In this document: piece by piece, positions 27,601-37,831 of the stretch
Layout: each line of letters begins with the position of its first letter
Position numbering within the stretch: position 1 is the stretch's first letter
IMG/VR virus record: IMGVR_UViG_3300021373_001106
Location: 1-58,833 of that record
DNA length: 58,833 nt
Reading direction: 5' to 3' (one strand)
Source: a virus
Taxonomy: Duplodnaviria; Caudoviricetes
Notes under the pieces: model-generated
Database searches by the model: none
What the model saw: only the letters and a program-made list of their open reading frames with translations
Told to the model about the DNA's origin: nothing
Translations under genes and position numbers: made by a program

Positions 27601-29708
27601 GTTTCTCCTTCAGTAATTTTTTGTGCGGTTTCCCCTTCTAGTTGACACCAAAACTGAGTGCTGTCATCCAAGTCTGGTTCAGCTCTAATAATAAATATAG
27701 TATCGTAATTTAATTTAGATGGTTTGATTGCGAATTTATAATACTTAGCCCAAGCTGGTGCCTTTTGACTGACTGGTATATTTACTTGAGCTCTATTAAT
27801 TATTGTTGAATTAGAAGGTGGTACATTAATGCTACTGTCTAAACTTACTAAAGCAGTACTTGACCTAGCGTATTCATCCATATAAACCATAGCTAAGTCA
27901 TAATCTCTATTGCTATGCAAAGTTTCTTTACCTCTGCTAATGTCAAACTCAAAAGAAGAACTTAAAAACTCAAAACCCTCAAATGATTTTGTGGACCCTG
28001 TTTCGTATACCATCATTAAAGATTGTATAGTAACTTGAGTTGGTGTAGTAATATCAAAAGCTTCTAACAATCCTGTTTGTCCTGTTGGGTAAGTGGGAGA
28101 GGGAGTAGAATCTGCAGCTGCAGCATTAGGAACAGCTGAATTTACAGGAGTTGCTGCACTACTACTTACACTATTAGTAGCGGGGCTAATTATTACGCTA
28201 TTATTAATAAAGTCTGTTGCTGTTGATCCTGTAGATGCATCACTAAACGGTTTGTAAATAGGTGTTGCTGTGGCTAAGCCCGTTCCAATTAAATTTTCAA
28301 AATCCGCGCTACCAACAAAGGATGCTACATCTGGATAAGTATTAGTTAGTTGAACATTAGAACTTATAGTTAAAGTAAAACCTCCTGTTGGTCTAGTTAG
28401 GTTTAAAACAGAAGCATTTTGGTTATATATATTACCACCAGTTGCGTAGCTTTTTAAAGTAGCATTAAAAGAAACAAAAGTTCCTTGAGTGAATTGTGTT
28501 AGTCCAAAATCAAAAACAGCTTTTGAATTATCTACACTAACTGTGCTTGGGGTAGAACTCCCGTTTAATACCTGGTAGTCAGAAGAGACAAACACTCCAA
28601 GAATGGGTTCAATATTACTTTGAGCTCCTGACAAACTGGTAACATAATTTAGTTTAACATCGTTTCCGTCAGCAGACTTCATATCGTATCCATCTACATA
28701 ATTACCAAACATTAATCTGTTTCCAGAGCTAGTTAAAGCTTTTGCCTTTAAGGGAACATTATCATAAAGTCTTAAACTTTCATTAGCAGATAATACTCTA
28801 AACACTTCTTTATTTCTAAAAAATATAGACTGTGTTGAATTATCAGCCCAACCTAAGTCAGATTTATTATACTTGTCAATTACTTTAATAACAGTGCTTG
28901 AACTTTCTTTATAACAAACTTCTATTTCTTTCACTAAAGAAGAGCCTGTATTAAAAAACACAGTTGCTGCATTATATGCATTAACCATTGATTCATTCTT
29001 GATGGTATTAAAATCAACTTCAACTAAATCAGGATTTTCAGGTTCAAAAGCAGGAAGGCTAAATGGAGATAACGAAGAGTACTCTCCATCTTCATACTTA
29101 AATCTATAAGCAAAAGAAATAAACTTGTCTGTAAAAAAACTTTGGTCGTCATTATCAGCACTAGACAAAGTAAAAGTAGGTGGGCTAATAGGTGGCTTAA
29201 CTATAAGGTTAATTTCTTCTTCCGTTATTTGATCTACTCCACCAACAGGAAACCCATAAGACCTATCTACATTTATTTTTCTAGGTGGATTTAAATTATC
29301 TGTAAATATTAAAAACCTATCTATTAACTCAACCCCTGTTATTAAATTACTTGGGTTAAAGTTTAACACACTAGTAGATATAATGTGGTATATAGTAACA
29401 GATGTTTTTACATTGAAAGAAATAATTAAGTCAACTACTGAAGGGTCAGTCACAAACCAATAAATAGTTTCATCACTTTCATCTGCATAAGAACCAATAC
29501 AAACAGCATTAGAGCTTAATGCCACTCCTTGATTAGTGATGTTAGTTAGTTTTGTGTTACCCTTAGTATTTTCTACACTCCCTATTTCAGAGTCTTCTGT
29601 TGAGCCAAGTCTAGCATTCAGTGCGTCTACATACTCTCCGGGAGGTAGTATCCTTTCGTCACTAGACTTATTCATTATGCCTTTGAAGAAAAAACTATTT
29701 AATTGCAT
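24696..29708 (-). CDS. Tail stabilisation/nozzle-like protein, 1670 aa
   Basis: GIMNKSSDER...GEYVDALN N-terminus, FTDNLNPPRKIN, FAYRFKY, NRLMFGNY, YFTDAKRG. Confidence 0.7.
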   Translation of the reverse strand: MQLNSFFFKGIMNKSSDERILPPGEYVDALNARLGSTEDSEIGSVENTKGNTKLTNITNQGVALSSNAVCIGSYADESDETIYWFVTDPSVVDLIISFNVKTSVTIYHIISTSVLNFNPSNLITGVELIDRFLIFTDNLNPPRKINVDRSYGFPVGGVDQITEEEINLIVKPPISPPTFTLSSADNDDQSFFTDKFISFAYRFKYEDGEYSSLSPFSLPAFEPENPDLVEVDFNTIKNESMVNAYNAATVFFNTGSSLVKEIEVCYKESSSTVIKVIDKYNKSDLGWADNSTQSIFFRNKEVFRVLSANESLRLYDNVPLKAKALTSSGNRLMFGNYVDGYDMKSADGNDVKLNYVTSLSGAQSNIEPILGVFVSSDYQVLNGSSTPSTVSVDNSKAVFDFGLTQFTQGTFVSFNATLKSYATGGNIYNQNASVLNLTRPTGGFTLTISSNVQLTNTYPDVASFVGSADFENLIGTGLATATPIYKPFSDASTGSTATDFINNSVIISPATNSVSSSAATPVNSAVPNAAAADSTPSPTYPTGQTGLLEAFDITTPTQVTIQSLMMVYETGSTKSFEGFEFLSSSFEFDISRGKETLHSNRDYDLAMVYMDEYARSSTALVSLDSSINVPPSNSTIINRAQVNIPVSQKAPAWAKYYKFAIKPSKLNYDTIFIIRAEPDLDDSTQFWCQLEGETAQKITEGETYTVKRDINGPVGAYVEATCLAKSTSPNIDDQSPTYPGPGVYAKFSPGGNYRLDAGNIITTEKAQASEKNIIAFGRGIQTVISGLSGKFTDTSIPEGSNVTIKITCEREQPEPFFSRTSEMFFKYSKLDITRTANKNYQTYPTFAENLEDMIDSQFVNDQKFFPSTSVNYSGNKGINYKFQLNNTLVVNDATPYVPTQGEITTSNAIHSVSFNVSGGNAIGFQSSFPTIVQWGNNGTSKISAKVVLSNIPDGLVVFETDGEDTPDEFYYEGNEVFNINGDLHDGNLQNQNNWSFYDNAQNNTYRSSQGLPASQSYGGNLALTSTGGTGLTTAPFSVGDIVNVQQTNLSPTNPQYNGQHTVLEKPDANTIVLDVAFGASTPVEGGAVNADAIVLTNFFNSYCWSNGMESCRIQDSFKEDALNIGERVFTLSEGEFRQKRRNASITYSGIYNDETKLNRTNEFNLGILNFKDLNEDFGNIELLKARQNDLLVLQEDKISYVLVNKNVLTSADGLSNVTSTPSILGNQVSRLEEYGISHNPESYAEFGYDKYFTDAKRGAVIKLSGSSYSNESLEVISQAGMRSYFRDLFIDDFNTQKIGGYDPYMNEYVLSSNNRTLPLEPQTVNCGSELEFSNQTESFTYTVKLGASMGTTDIDYNVTSGNIDISVTYNGATTSSGNVTGSGTFQFNKNIPSVETAVVTVSIVGVSADYSITTQCPTADVINVYQICLNSEFTGLAPTIHNQYEWTSSNLTPSVSSPLINQPVTFTNVPTGSGVGTQRVAQYQVYTSQVAIGTTPTPEAVVTVKSAKTGSDSFDFNIYNGNRLLHLLSNTTYANTQAGIISLLAASTNLSISNTSSGVFEGSFNYANPDSTPTNYTNLYLIYDYRSSTQVNLSFGSTESTVCDGLGTSGPYFLDAAVPSEATVVYNNSAMTVPAADGYYLYVNPNPTVIDTYWLRQQSGRIVQVSECTV

Positions 29709-29709
29709 A

Positions 29710-30633
29710 TTACTTTATAATCTTATCTTGACCTCTTAAATTCATAAGTAGTCTTCCTGGGTGAATGTTACTCATTCTTATTTTGGCATTTCTAAGTAAT
29801 GCTGATTTGCTTTTTCTGTATCTATTAACAATATACTCTGGTTCGTTTAATTTTGTATTTAATATAGAATAACTTATATAAGAGTATAAAAACTCTTCAA
29901 ACATTTTATTGACAGTTACTAATGAATCATCTCCATTTTCCATACCGTCAGAAACATATTCTAATACAACTGATTTATTACCAGCCCCTGAACTAAAATT
30001 AATTACACCACCTTTTTTATCTATTTTAAAAGTAGGTAATGCATTTGCTGTTTCTGTATTTAAGCCGTAAGCACCACCAATAGAAAAGTCAAAATACCAA
30101 CAACCTTCTAAACAAAAGCCATAGTATCCGTAATAAGGACTAGTTTCATTTAAGTATTGACTTCTAGTAAGGCCAGCTATTCTATCTTGTGTAATTTTAG
30201 AATTTTCAGGACTTAGTACATTACCATTTGAATCAAACAATAAGTTGCTATTATTATCTTGCAAGTAAGCAGAAGCATAATTCGTTTGAACATTTTCACT
30301 TAAAGGGAACAAAGTTCCGTTGTGATATATAGATATTCTAACCCAGTTAACAAAATCAGATGGTAGTATATATCTTAGGTTTTCGCCAACATTTAGTTGA
30401 AGTATTTTTATTTCCTTAAATGCGTCATAATTCAGTTCTTGTATAGCTCTTTTAGCGTGAAACAAAACTTGATATCTATCTACATTATTAATAAGTTGGT
30501 TGTTACCAACATACATTAACATATAATTGTTTACAATGTCCTGCAGAGAAACATACTGATAAGAACCCCAATTAGCATTCTCTGGATTGTTACCTCCGTT
30601 TTCATAATATTGATATTGTGATATATATGCCAT
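29710..30633 (-). CDS. Structural protein (head-tail connector/adaptor-like)
   Basis: Position between capsid and stabilisation genes; LPSDFV motif. Confidence 0.55.
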   Translation of the reverse strand: MAYISQYQYYENGGNNPENANWGSYQYVSLQDIVNNYMLMYVGNNQLINNVDRYQVLFHAKRAIQELNYDAFKEIKILQLNVGENLRYILPSDFVNWVRISIYHNGTLFPLSENVQTNYASAYLQDNNSNLLFDSNGNVLSPENSKITQDRIAGLTRSQYLNETSPYYGYYGFCLEGCWYFDFSIGGAYGLNTETANALPTFKIDKKGGVINFSSGAGNKSVVLEYVSDGMENGDDSLVTVNKMFEEFLYSYISYSILNTKLNEPEYIVNRYRKSKSALLRNAKIRMSNIHPGRLLMNLRGQDKIIK

Positions 30634-31562
30634 TAGCTATTTTCTTGTATTGTTTCTAGATTCTCTTGTGTAGTTGCTGCTTGAACAACTTCAGCTTCTC
30701 TAATTGATAATCCAGCATACTTTAATATATTAACAATTAAATCTGTTTCGTCAGATAAAGGTAGTTCAAAGTCTTGAAAATCTGCTTGAGACTGGTCAAA
30801 CAATGGTTGACCACCTGTTAAAGTTTGGTAAGTCCACTTAGGGTCTTTTGGGTATCTAACATACTGAGTTTGTAAATCAGACGCCCCAGATATAGTGGTT
30901 GGATAAGCAGTAACATTATTCCCTTCTAACACATAAGCTGGGTATTGTGTAGTAGGAGCTGTCAAATTAGAATTAGTTAAATAAAATATTTTATCTTGAC
31001 TAACTCTCTCCACCTCTGCAATATTCTTGTTATTATAAATTGCATAATTTTCTCCACTTACTATTATGTCACTACTTAAAGTAAGTAATGTATTAGCAAC
31101 TGCTGTTACATAAGCAGAAGTAGAGTCAGTAGTATTAACCACTATGTCACCTACACTTACTAAACCTGTAAAGGTAGCAGTAGAATCATCTAGTTTTCCT
31201 GCGGTAGTTCCTGTTGTAGTTCCTGAAGTTAATTGATTAGGGTAATAGAATATTTTATTAATAAGATAATAATCTAAAGGCAGTGAGTATATGTTAGAAT
31301 TTACTCTAGTTAAGAATGACGTAACTGAAAAACTATCTAATACTTCTTCTAATCCCTTTTTAATATCTGCATAACCTGTGCCGGATAGTCTACCTAGTCT
31401 ATTGTTCTCTTTGTTTATTTGAGTATTATACTGGTAAAAGTAATCTTCAAATATATCTAGCTGCGCTTGTTTTGCAAAAAGGTTAAAGTCAGCTGGAGAG
31501 ATGTATCCGTAATTATTTTTATTCAGTATAGAAAGAACAGTATTTCTAACAGAATTTATCAT
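30633..31562 (-). CDS. Structural protein (head-tail connector/adaptor-like)
   Basis: LNKNNYGYISPADFNLFAKQAQ, LPLDYY, YVRYPKDP, DFELP. Confidence 0.6.
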   Translation of the reverse strand: MINSVRNTVLSILNKNNYGYISPADFNLFAKQAQLDIFEDYFYQYNTQINKENNRLGRLSGTGYADIKKGLEEVLDSFSVTSFLTRVNSNIYSLPLDYYLINKIFYYPNQLTSGTTTGTTAGKLDDSTATFTGLVSVGDIVVNTTDSTSAYVTAVANTLLTLSSDIIVSGENYAIYNNKNIAEVERVSQDKIFYLTNSNLTAPTTQYPAYVLEGNNVTAYPTTISGASDLQTQYVRYPKDPKWTYQTLTGGQPLFDQSQADFQDFELPLSDETDLIVNILKYAGLSIREAEVVQAATTQENLETIQENS

Positions 31563-31578
31563 CTAAAATCTTTTAATA

Positions 31579-31586
31579 CAAAGATA
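31579..31586 (-). promoter_or_regulatory. Bacteroidota -7 promoter box TATCTTTG
   Basis: TAnnTTTG upstream of the 31562 start. Confidence 0.6.
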
Positions 31587-31589
31587 AGC

Positions 31590-31622
31590 AAAAAAAAAGA
31601 GCCTCTAGTAATAGAAGCTCTT
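31590..31622 (-). terminator. Rho-independent terminator
   Basis: Minus strand AAGAGCTTCTA-TTAC-TAGAGGCTCTT followed by a T run. Confidence 0.75.
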
Positions 31623-31645
31623 GTTAAATTGATTAATAAAATATA

Positions 31646-31921
31646 TTAAGCTATTTCCATACTTGTTATAGATGTTACTCCAGTCAAAGGAACCTCAACA
31701 ACAGATTTAGTCCACATTGTTTCAGAAGCTGTTTTTAAAGCTTCGTTAATAGCACCAATAAAAGCCTGTGTTGCGCCAACACAAGTTAATTTTACTTTTT
31801 TTGCTCCTGTTAACTCGTGTAAATGTACTTCTGTAGCGCTAACAAGCTCTACATATAAAATAGCGGATGCTTTGATAAATTCTACGCCATCCCCCGTGGT
31901 AAATGATAAATACTTATTCAT
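31646..31921 (-). CDS. Hypothetical protein (possible capsid-associated)
   Basis: 91 aa with its own promoter box (31951-31958) and terminator. Confidence 0.65.
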   Translation of the reverse strand: MNKYLSFTTGDGVEFIKASAILYVELVSATEVHLHELTGAKKVKLTCVGATQAFIGAINEALKTASETMWTKSVVEVPLTGVTSITSMEIA

Positions 31922-31950
31922 AATAAAAAAATTTATGTGTTAATAAAAAA

Positions 31951-31958
31951 CAAAGATA
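31951..31958 (-). promoter_or_regulatory. Bacteroidota -7 promoter box TATCTTTG
   Basis: Intergenic TAnnTTTG. Confidence 0.55.
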
Positions 31959-31960
31959 GC

Positions 31961-32704
31961 TTATTTTTCTAACATATCTTGAAATGCTTTGTATATCTCA
32001 ATACCCTCATCTTTCTGGAAGAATGACGCCAATGTTTGTATGTGGTCATCTCCAAAAGGAATAGTTAAAAGTTTAGTCTTTTTAGTCTTGAGATTATAAT
32101 AAACATCCTTACCATTGTTTCTTAAGCTTAATAGTCCTTTGTCAAATACTTTAACTACAGTATCCTGTAATTCCAGCATTGGATCATTAAGGGCGTCTAA
32201 AAACTCTTCTGGATGGTTTTTAGCAAATAGTATAATGTCTCTTTTTAATTCAGCAGTAGTCATATTATCCACTCTAAGTTCTAAGAATACCCTGCCTAAA
32301 GTTTCCATTTGATCTAAAGTTAACTCAGCAGCTTGCTTAAATGCTTTTGCCTCAACTTCTAAATAATCTACTTCTTTTTGAGCATCTGCTTCCTTGTCTA
32401 CTTCTTCAAAAACAGAACCATTGTCTGGGTGGTAATGTAAAAATTCCTGTAGTACAGGGTTGTTTTTTGGAACATACAACATTCCATCTTCAAAAATAAC
32501 TGGATCTAATATTACGTTTTTATCTTGCTCATCTTCAAAAGGACTCTTTTGATTAGATGCATAACGTAAAGGTCTATTGTGTTCACCATCAAAATATAAT
32601 AATGGCTTTCTTCTTGTGTTTCTAGAATTAATCGTAAAACTTAATGGTTGGTGACCGTTTCTTAACTTATAGATACGGTTTTTTATTTCTTTCTTTTTTT
32701 TCAT
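31961..32704 (-). CDS. Hypothetical protein downstream of the major capsid gene
   Basis: 247 aa; LRYASNQKSPF, IFEDGML. Confidence 0.7.
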   Translation of the reverse strand: MKKKKEIKNRIYKLRNGHQPLSFTINSRNTRRKPLLYFDGEHNRPLRYASNQKSPFEDEQDKNVILDPVIFEDGMLYVPKNNPVLQEFLHYHPDNGSVFEEVDKEADAQKEVDYLEVEAKAFKQAAELTLDQMETLGRVFLELRVDNMTTAELKRDIILFAKNHPEEFLDALNDPMLELQDTVVKVFDKGLLSLRNNGKDVYYNLKTKKTKLLTIPFGDDHIQTLASFFQKDEGIEIYKAFQDMLEK

Positions 32705-32723
32705 TTGATTTAATTTAAAATTT

Positions 32724-32751
32724 AAAAAATAGGAGGGGATTGCTCCCCTCC
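32724..32751 (-). terminator. Rho-independent terminator after the major capsid gene
   Basis: GGAGGGGA-TTGC-TCCCCTCC hairpin at 32732-32751, followed on the minus strand by TATTTTTT. Confidence 0.85.
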
Positions 32752-32764
32752 ATAAATTATACTA

Positions 32765-34198
32765 TTATTTGAACAATACGAAATTGTTTGCACCCATAGT
32801 ACATAGTGCTCTTTCTGATAAGAAATTAACTCTCATCTCATCAACATCGCTAGTAGCAGCACCACCGGCAGAACCAGTAATCCAAGACTTATAACGTCTG
32901 TCTTCAGTTTCAGAAGCTCTGTATCTTACGTGTAAGAATGGTCTCTTAGCGTTTCTTCCTAATACTTGGTCGTAAACATTAGTTGAACCAGCTGGTACTA
33001 ATACACCATCAATAGCTCCACCAACTAAACCACCTCGCATTGTAGGATCGTTAAGGTATTTCCAATCTGTCTTATAGAAATCATATGCTCTTCTAAATCC
33101 AGAAAACCCTAGGTTTAATGCCATCTCTTCGTCATTATCAAATAATCCGTAAGATGAACCACCATTACCATAAGAGTTCTGAGCAGCTAACATATCATCA
33201 ATCTCGAAAGATGTTTGTCTGTTTAAGAAAAGAACATTCTCTTCAATAGCGCCTTGCTTATCTAGTCTTTCGATAATAGAATCGAAATCTCCTAAATTAG
33301 TAATAGCACCTGTAAAGATATTACCTCTAGATTCAATAGCGGCAAATAATCCTTCAGAACCTACATATCCCTCTTGCTGAGCGTTAGTTTGATTTGCTAC
33401 AGGAGTGCCAGGAGCAACTGCTTTAACAGCTTCTACCATCGCAGTCTCTAAATAATCTTCAAACCTCATTCTTGTTTCGTGCTCTGCTTTTAAATACCAT
33501 AGGTATCCATTAGCTCCATCTTCAGTAGATACTTCTACCCACCCGATTTGAGCCATATCAGAACCACTAACAGCGTAGTTGTCTTTGATAATAATAGGAT
33601 TGTTTTCAAGAATCGTGTCAAATGGCTCTAAAGATTGATCCATTCCAGCAGTTCCTTTTTTAAATTCAGAACCATAAATGAAAACACTTAGCTTTTCTGA
33701 AGCACTACCTGTACCAGTGTATCCACCAGCTTCAAAAAATGAAACCTTAAAGGTACTTCCAGAAACATCAGACACAATACCTTTGTTAGAAATTCCAGCA
33801 TAGCCAGCGTTTCCAGATATCATAACTGTTTGACCATCTCTAATACCAATATTAGAAGCAGTTCCAGAATTCATTACTTGGTTAGCAGGGATTAAAGTGT
33901 CAGCAACTGTAAAAGTTCCTTCACTATCGGCTGCAGATGCATTAGTAGTTACGTTTGTATATTTAATGTGTAATCTACCTTGTTCTGCCCATTTAATAAG
34001 GTCAGAATTAGAAGGCATCTCAGCACCTACCATTCTCAAGAAAGAAGAAAGAGTTCTGTTTCCATATCTCTCAAATTCCTTTTCGTATGTGTCTGGCAAA
34101 TATTGATTTAAAAAATCAAAACTTGTCATATAGTTTGTTGCGGTTGGAACTCTAGTAGCACTTGGCTGTAGAGCAAACCCCGGTATATTTAAACTCAT
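32765..34198 (-). CDS. Major capsid protein
   Basis: 477 aa after portal and scaffold, followed by a strong terminator; WAEQGRLH, GSEFKKG. Confidence 0.8.
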   Translation of the reverse strand: MSLNIPGFALQPSATRVPTATNYMTSFDFLNQYLPDTYEKEFERYGNRTLSSFLRMVGAEMPSNSDLIKWAEQGRLHIKYTNVTTNASAADSEGTFTVADTLIPANQVMNSGTASNIGIRDGQTVMISGNAGYAGISNKGIVSDVSGSTFKVSFFEAGGYTGTGSASEKLSVFIYGSEFKKGTAGMDQSLEPFDTILENNPIIIKDNYAVSGSDMAQIGWVEVSTEDGANGYLWYLKAEHETRMRFEDYLETAMVEAVKAVAPGTPVANQTNAQQEGYVGSEGLFAAIESRGNIFTGAITNLGDFDSIIERLDKQGAIEENVLFLNRQTSFEIDDMLAAQNSYGNGGSSYGLFDNDEEMALNLGFSGFRRAYDFYKTDWKYLNDPTMRGGLVGGAIDGVLVPAGSTNVYDQVLGRNAKRPFLHVRYRASETEDRRYKSWITGSAGGAATSDVDEMRVNFLSERALCTMGANNFVLFK

Positions 34199-34222
34199 TG
34201 TTTTTTGTTTTTAATGTTTAAC

Positions 34223-35350
34223 TTATTTATTTTTTGGTGACCTAATTGTCAATCCCCGCCTAGACGAGGGTGTCGTAGCCTTAACACTAAATCCTTGTTT
34301 AGATGTCACCTGCGGAGTTTGCCTCATATCTAAATTTATATTTTTAGATTTTTTAGCAGACTCATTAACAGCTGATGCCACCCCTTGCTCGTAAAAATAC
34401 TTTGCGAACTTTTCAGGATTCATTGCCATTGACAACGACTTGTGATATCCAACTACATCCGATATCTCTCCTTGGTCATTAGTAAACTTTGATATAAAGT
34501 TCATAATGTCAGATTGAGACTTCTTCAGTTCGTTGAAATCGCCAGGAGAATAAACATATTCTTTATCACTGATGTTAAACTTAAAACCTTTAAATTCTTC
34601 AGTAAACAATTTATTGGTGTTTTCCTGAAAGCTCTCTGCTCGCTTTTGGGCTAAACCTTGAGCTTCCTTGGATTTCTCCACTTGTTCTTGATAAGCTTTA
34701 AACCTTTGCTGGTCTTCATCAGAAAACGTAGTGCCCATTGACTCAACAGGAACTTTATATTTTTCTTTTTGACCTTCAAAGTGTTTTAAAGCCTTTGCAA
34801 GCTCTTTTTTCTTATCTATATTTTTCTTTTTTATTTCATCTTCTGAATCAACTTCAGGGTCAGTTCCGAATCTAGAATTAAGTAAATAATCTATTTCTTC
34901 CTTGTCTAAGCCTTCTTCAACTTCTGAATAATACATAGATAATACTTGATCAGGACTTTCTTTACTATAATCTTTATTGATTTTAGCAAAGTCTTCAAAT
35001 CCACGACCAGTCTCTTTTTTATACTGTAAGTAAGTTGCTACATCTGCTGGTAACTCTTCTTGCTCTCTTTTAGCAAGTAGGTCATCAATAGAATTAACTT
35101 CCTTACTGTATTTCTCTCTAATAAATGAAAGAACTTCTTGTTCACCCATTTGTGGCTTTTCCTCCACTACAGGCTCTTCTTTAATTGGTTCTTCAGCTTT
35201 AATAGGTTCTTCTACCTTAACTGCTTCTACCTTATTCTCTTCTACACTCTCACCATTTACTTCGGCTTCGTGCTTTTGTAACAACTCTTCCTCTACTTGT
35301 GCTTTTGACTTCTGAGGTCCAGAATCGTATTCTTTTACTTTAATTTCCAT
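34223..35350 (-). CDS. Capsid scaffolding protein
   Basis: Very acidic and helical; lies between portal and MCP. Confidence 0.65.
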   Translation of the reverse strand: MEIKVKEYDSGPQKSKAQVEEELLQKHEAEVNGESVEENKVEAVKVEEPIKAEEPIKEEPVVEEKPQMGEQEVLSFIREKYSKEVNSIDDLLAKREQEELPADVATYLQYKKETGRGFEDFAKINKDYSKESPDQVLSMYYSEVEEGLDKEEIDYLLNSRFGTDPEVDSEDEIKKKNIDKKKELAKALKHFEGQKEKYKVPVESMGTTFSDEDQQRFKAYQEQVEKSKEAQGLAQKRAESFQENTNKLFTEEFKGFKFNISDKEYVYSPGDFNELKKSQSDIMNFISKFTNDQGEISDVVGYHKSLSMAMNPEKFAKYFYEQGVASAVNESAKKSKNINLDMRQTPQVTSKQGFSVKATTPSSRRGLTIRSPKNK

Positions 35351-35369
35351 TTAATTTGATTTTATTATG

Positions 35370-35377
35370 CAAAGTTA
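35370..35377 (-). promoter_or_regulatory. Bacteroidota -7 promoter box TAACTTTG for scaffold-MCP
   Basis: Intergenic TAnnTTTG. Confidence 0.65.
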
Positions 35378-35395
35378 CTAATTATTTTTTTTATT

Positions 35396-37831
35396 TTATC
35401 GAGGTTCAAACTCTGCTAAATCGAACCCGTCTAAACTATCTTCTTTTGATTCAAAGTTAACTGGAGGTAGTTTATCTTGCCTCTGTTGAATCAACTTTGA
35501 TTGCTCAGTATTTTGTTGGCTTATCCTTTCAGACTTAGCTTCTTCTCTTTTTTCTTCTCTTTTATTTATTTGACTTTCCTCAACACCTTTTAATTGCATA
35601 TTAAGTTGGAACTCATACGTCATTAACTCTTGCTTAAGAGCAGCCTCATTCTTTAACTTTTCTATTTCAAAAGCTACCTCTGCTTGTTTCTCTCTCATTT
35701 TCATCTCACCCTCTAGCTGTATCTTTTGCATTGCTGCATCTGAAGCCATCTTCTGAGATTGAAACTGAGTTTGTGCAGTCATCTGCTGTTGCATAGCAGC
35801 TGCTTCTCTATCAGCATCTTGCTTTCTTTTTCTTTTAAGCTTCAACAACTGATTAGCCATCTTTAAGTTTCTAACCTCCCTAATATCAATGGCATCCTCT
35901 AGACTAATGTCATTTTTAGATAAGGCCATTTGAATGTTTTGTTCAAGCATCGCTTTTTCTTCTTCATCAGGAGCTACTTCAATAAATATTCCAAAGTCAT
36001 ATAGATATAAGTCTTTAATATCTTCGATTCTATCTACATTGTATTTACCTATTTGATTAGCAAACTCTTCTTTAAAATCAGCATATTCTAATAAATCAGC
36101 TATTCTTAAAGACAATCCCTCTGCAAGTGTTCTACTAATATATAAACTACCTTCTAGTATATGTCTAGTAGCTGTATTAGAATTAAGAGCTGCTAGTTTC
36201 TGAACACCAACTAATGCATTTGGATCAGGTGTTGAACCGTCTCTAGCCTCATTCAGTCCGGTTACCGCTCTAATCATTCCTAAATAATGATTGTAATTCC
36301 CTATTAATGCAGCCATCTTAGATTGACCACTACTGGTGTTTAATTGCTGTATTGGAACTCTAGCATTGTTAAACTCGCCATCTTGAGTGTAACTTCTACC
36401 AACTACACTACCTGTTTGAAAGTATAACCTTAATGCGTCCTCTGGATTATAGGCTTGTCCCGTTCCTAAATCTACTTCACTTAATCCATCTGCGTCTATA
36501 AACACACCATCTGGAACCATCTTAGCAACTACCTGCTGTAGCTTTAAGTGGCTTATTTGAATTTGATCTGCAAAAGGAATCATTCTTCTAACCAAAGATT
36601 CTATATTTCCTTTATACATTCTTGGAGCACAAGCCACGTAATTAGGCATAGCGTGTTGAGAAGCTGACTTAGGTCGAACCATATTTTTAGCCATCTCCCA
36701 TTTTAACATAATATTAGAACCGGCTACCATTATTCCTTCATACCAAACTTCAATAGTTTTTTCAACTCTCTCAAACTTACCCTCCTTCATCATATCTTCA
36801 GGCGGATTGAAAGTGTCGTCTTTTTCAATCATTCTCTCTCCACCACCTTCTAATATCTTTTTCTTATATACAAACTTTTTAGTAGTCTTATAATTAAAAT
36901 AAATAAGAGTTGCAGTGTCTTTGAAAAATAAAGTGTTTTCGTAAAATCTATTTACGTTATAATAATCATACCAAGTCTGACTGTATTGAGATATCTTTTT
37001 CATATCCTCTCTAGTTAAACTCGGGTCAATCTTAATTAACTCAGCTATTGGAAGTGTTTTAACTTCACCCCAATAAAAACAATCTTTAAAGTGTGGGTCT
37101 TCCGTATAGCTATAAACCACGTTAGCTGGGTCTACATAATCTACTTGAACCCCGCTGCCTGGTAAAAACTGGTGTTTAGCCATACCTACACCAAGAACAG
37201 TCATATCATAATCAATTCTCTTCTTGATGTCTTGATAATGATTTTCTTCTAAAACCGTATTAATAGCCTCTTCTTCTGCAATCTCAATAGATGGTTTATA
37301 TTTTAACTGCATATGTAATTGAAGTTCCTCATCATTTTCTGGAAGCTCTTCTACATCTGTCATAAACGGGTTAATGCCAAAGGACTCTTGAAAGTCAGCA
37401 AATATGTCTTTGTTTAACATATCTCTTTCTACTAACTTTTGGTATTTGTTTCTGTGCTCACTAGATAAAGCATCTTGAGCATATGCCTTAACGTGAAATA
37501 ATCTGTTTGACATTCCATTAACAACAATGTCTACAAACTTAGGAAGTATTGGAACTGGAGTCCAATCTAAGTTGAGGTACGACAAGTCACCATCAACAGC
37601 TAATTCATTCTTGTATTTAGCAACAGACTGTTCGCCTCTTGCATATCTTCTTAATTGATTAAAAGATTGGAGCTGACTATAGTATCTACAGCTACCTCCA
37701 CCTTTTCTAAACCACTCATATTGAATGGCCTGACCTACCTGTAATCCATACTCCATTGTTGCTTTTTCAGCATCAGTGGCAAATTGGTCTGGAAAACCTG
37801 CGGGGTTTATTAATAATTCAACGTCTTTCAT
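35396..37831 (-). CDS. Portal protein
   Basis: 811 aa after TerL; PILPKFVDIVVNG, TGLNEARDG, C-terminal Q-rich coiled coil. Confidence 0.8.
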   Translation of the reverse strand: MKDVELLINPAGFPDQFATDAEKATMEYGLQVGQAIQYEWFRKGGGSCRYYSQLQSFNQLRRYARGEQSVAKYKNELAVDGDLSYLNLDWTPVPILPKFVDIVVNGMSNRLFHVKAYAQDALSSEHRNKYQKLVERDMLNKDIFADFQESFGINPFMTDVEELPENDEELQLHMQLKYKPSIEIAEEEAINTVLEENHYQDIKKRIDYDMTVLGVGMAKHQFLPGSGVQVDYVDPANVVYSYTEDPHFKDCFYWGEVKTLPIAELIKIDPSLTREDMKKISQYSQTWYDYYNVNRFYENTLFFKDTATLIYFNYKTTKKFVYKKKILEGGGERMIEKDDTFNPPEDMMKEGKFERVEKTIEVWYEGIMVAGSNIMLKWEMAKNMVRPKSASQHAMPNYVACAPRMYKGNIESLVRRMIPFADQIQISHLKLQQVVAKMVPDGVFIDADGLSEVDLGTGQAYNPEDALRLYFQTGSVVGRSYTQDGEFNNARVPIQQLNTSSGQSKMAALIGNYNHYLGMIRAVTGLNEARDGSTPDPNALVGVQKLAALNSNTATRHILEGSLYISRTLAEGLSLRIADLLEYADFKEEFANQIGKYNVDRIEDIKDLYLYDFGIFIEVAPDEEEKAMLEQNIQMALSKNDISLEDAIDIREVRNLKMANQLLKLKRKRKQDADREAAAMQQQMTAQTQFQSQKMASDAAMQKIQLEGEMKMREKQAEVAFEIEKLKNEAALKQELMTYEFQLNMQLKGVEESQINKREEKREEAKSERISQQNTEQSKLIQQRQDKLPPVNFESKEDSLDGFDLAEFEPR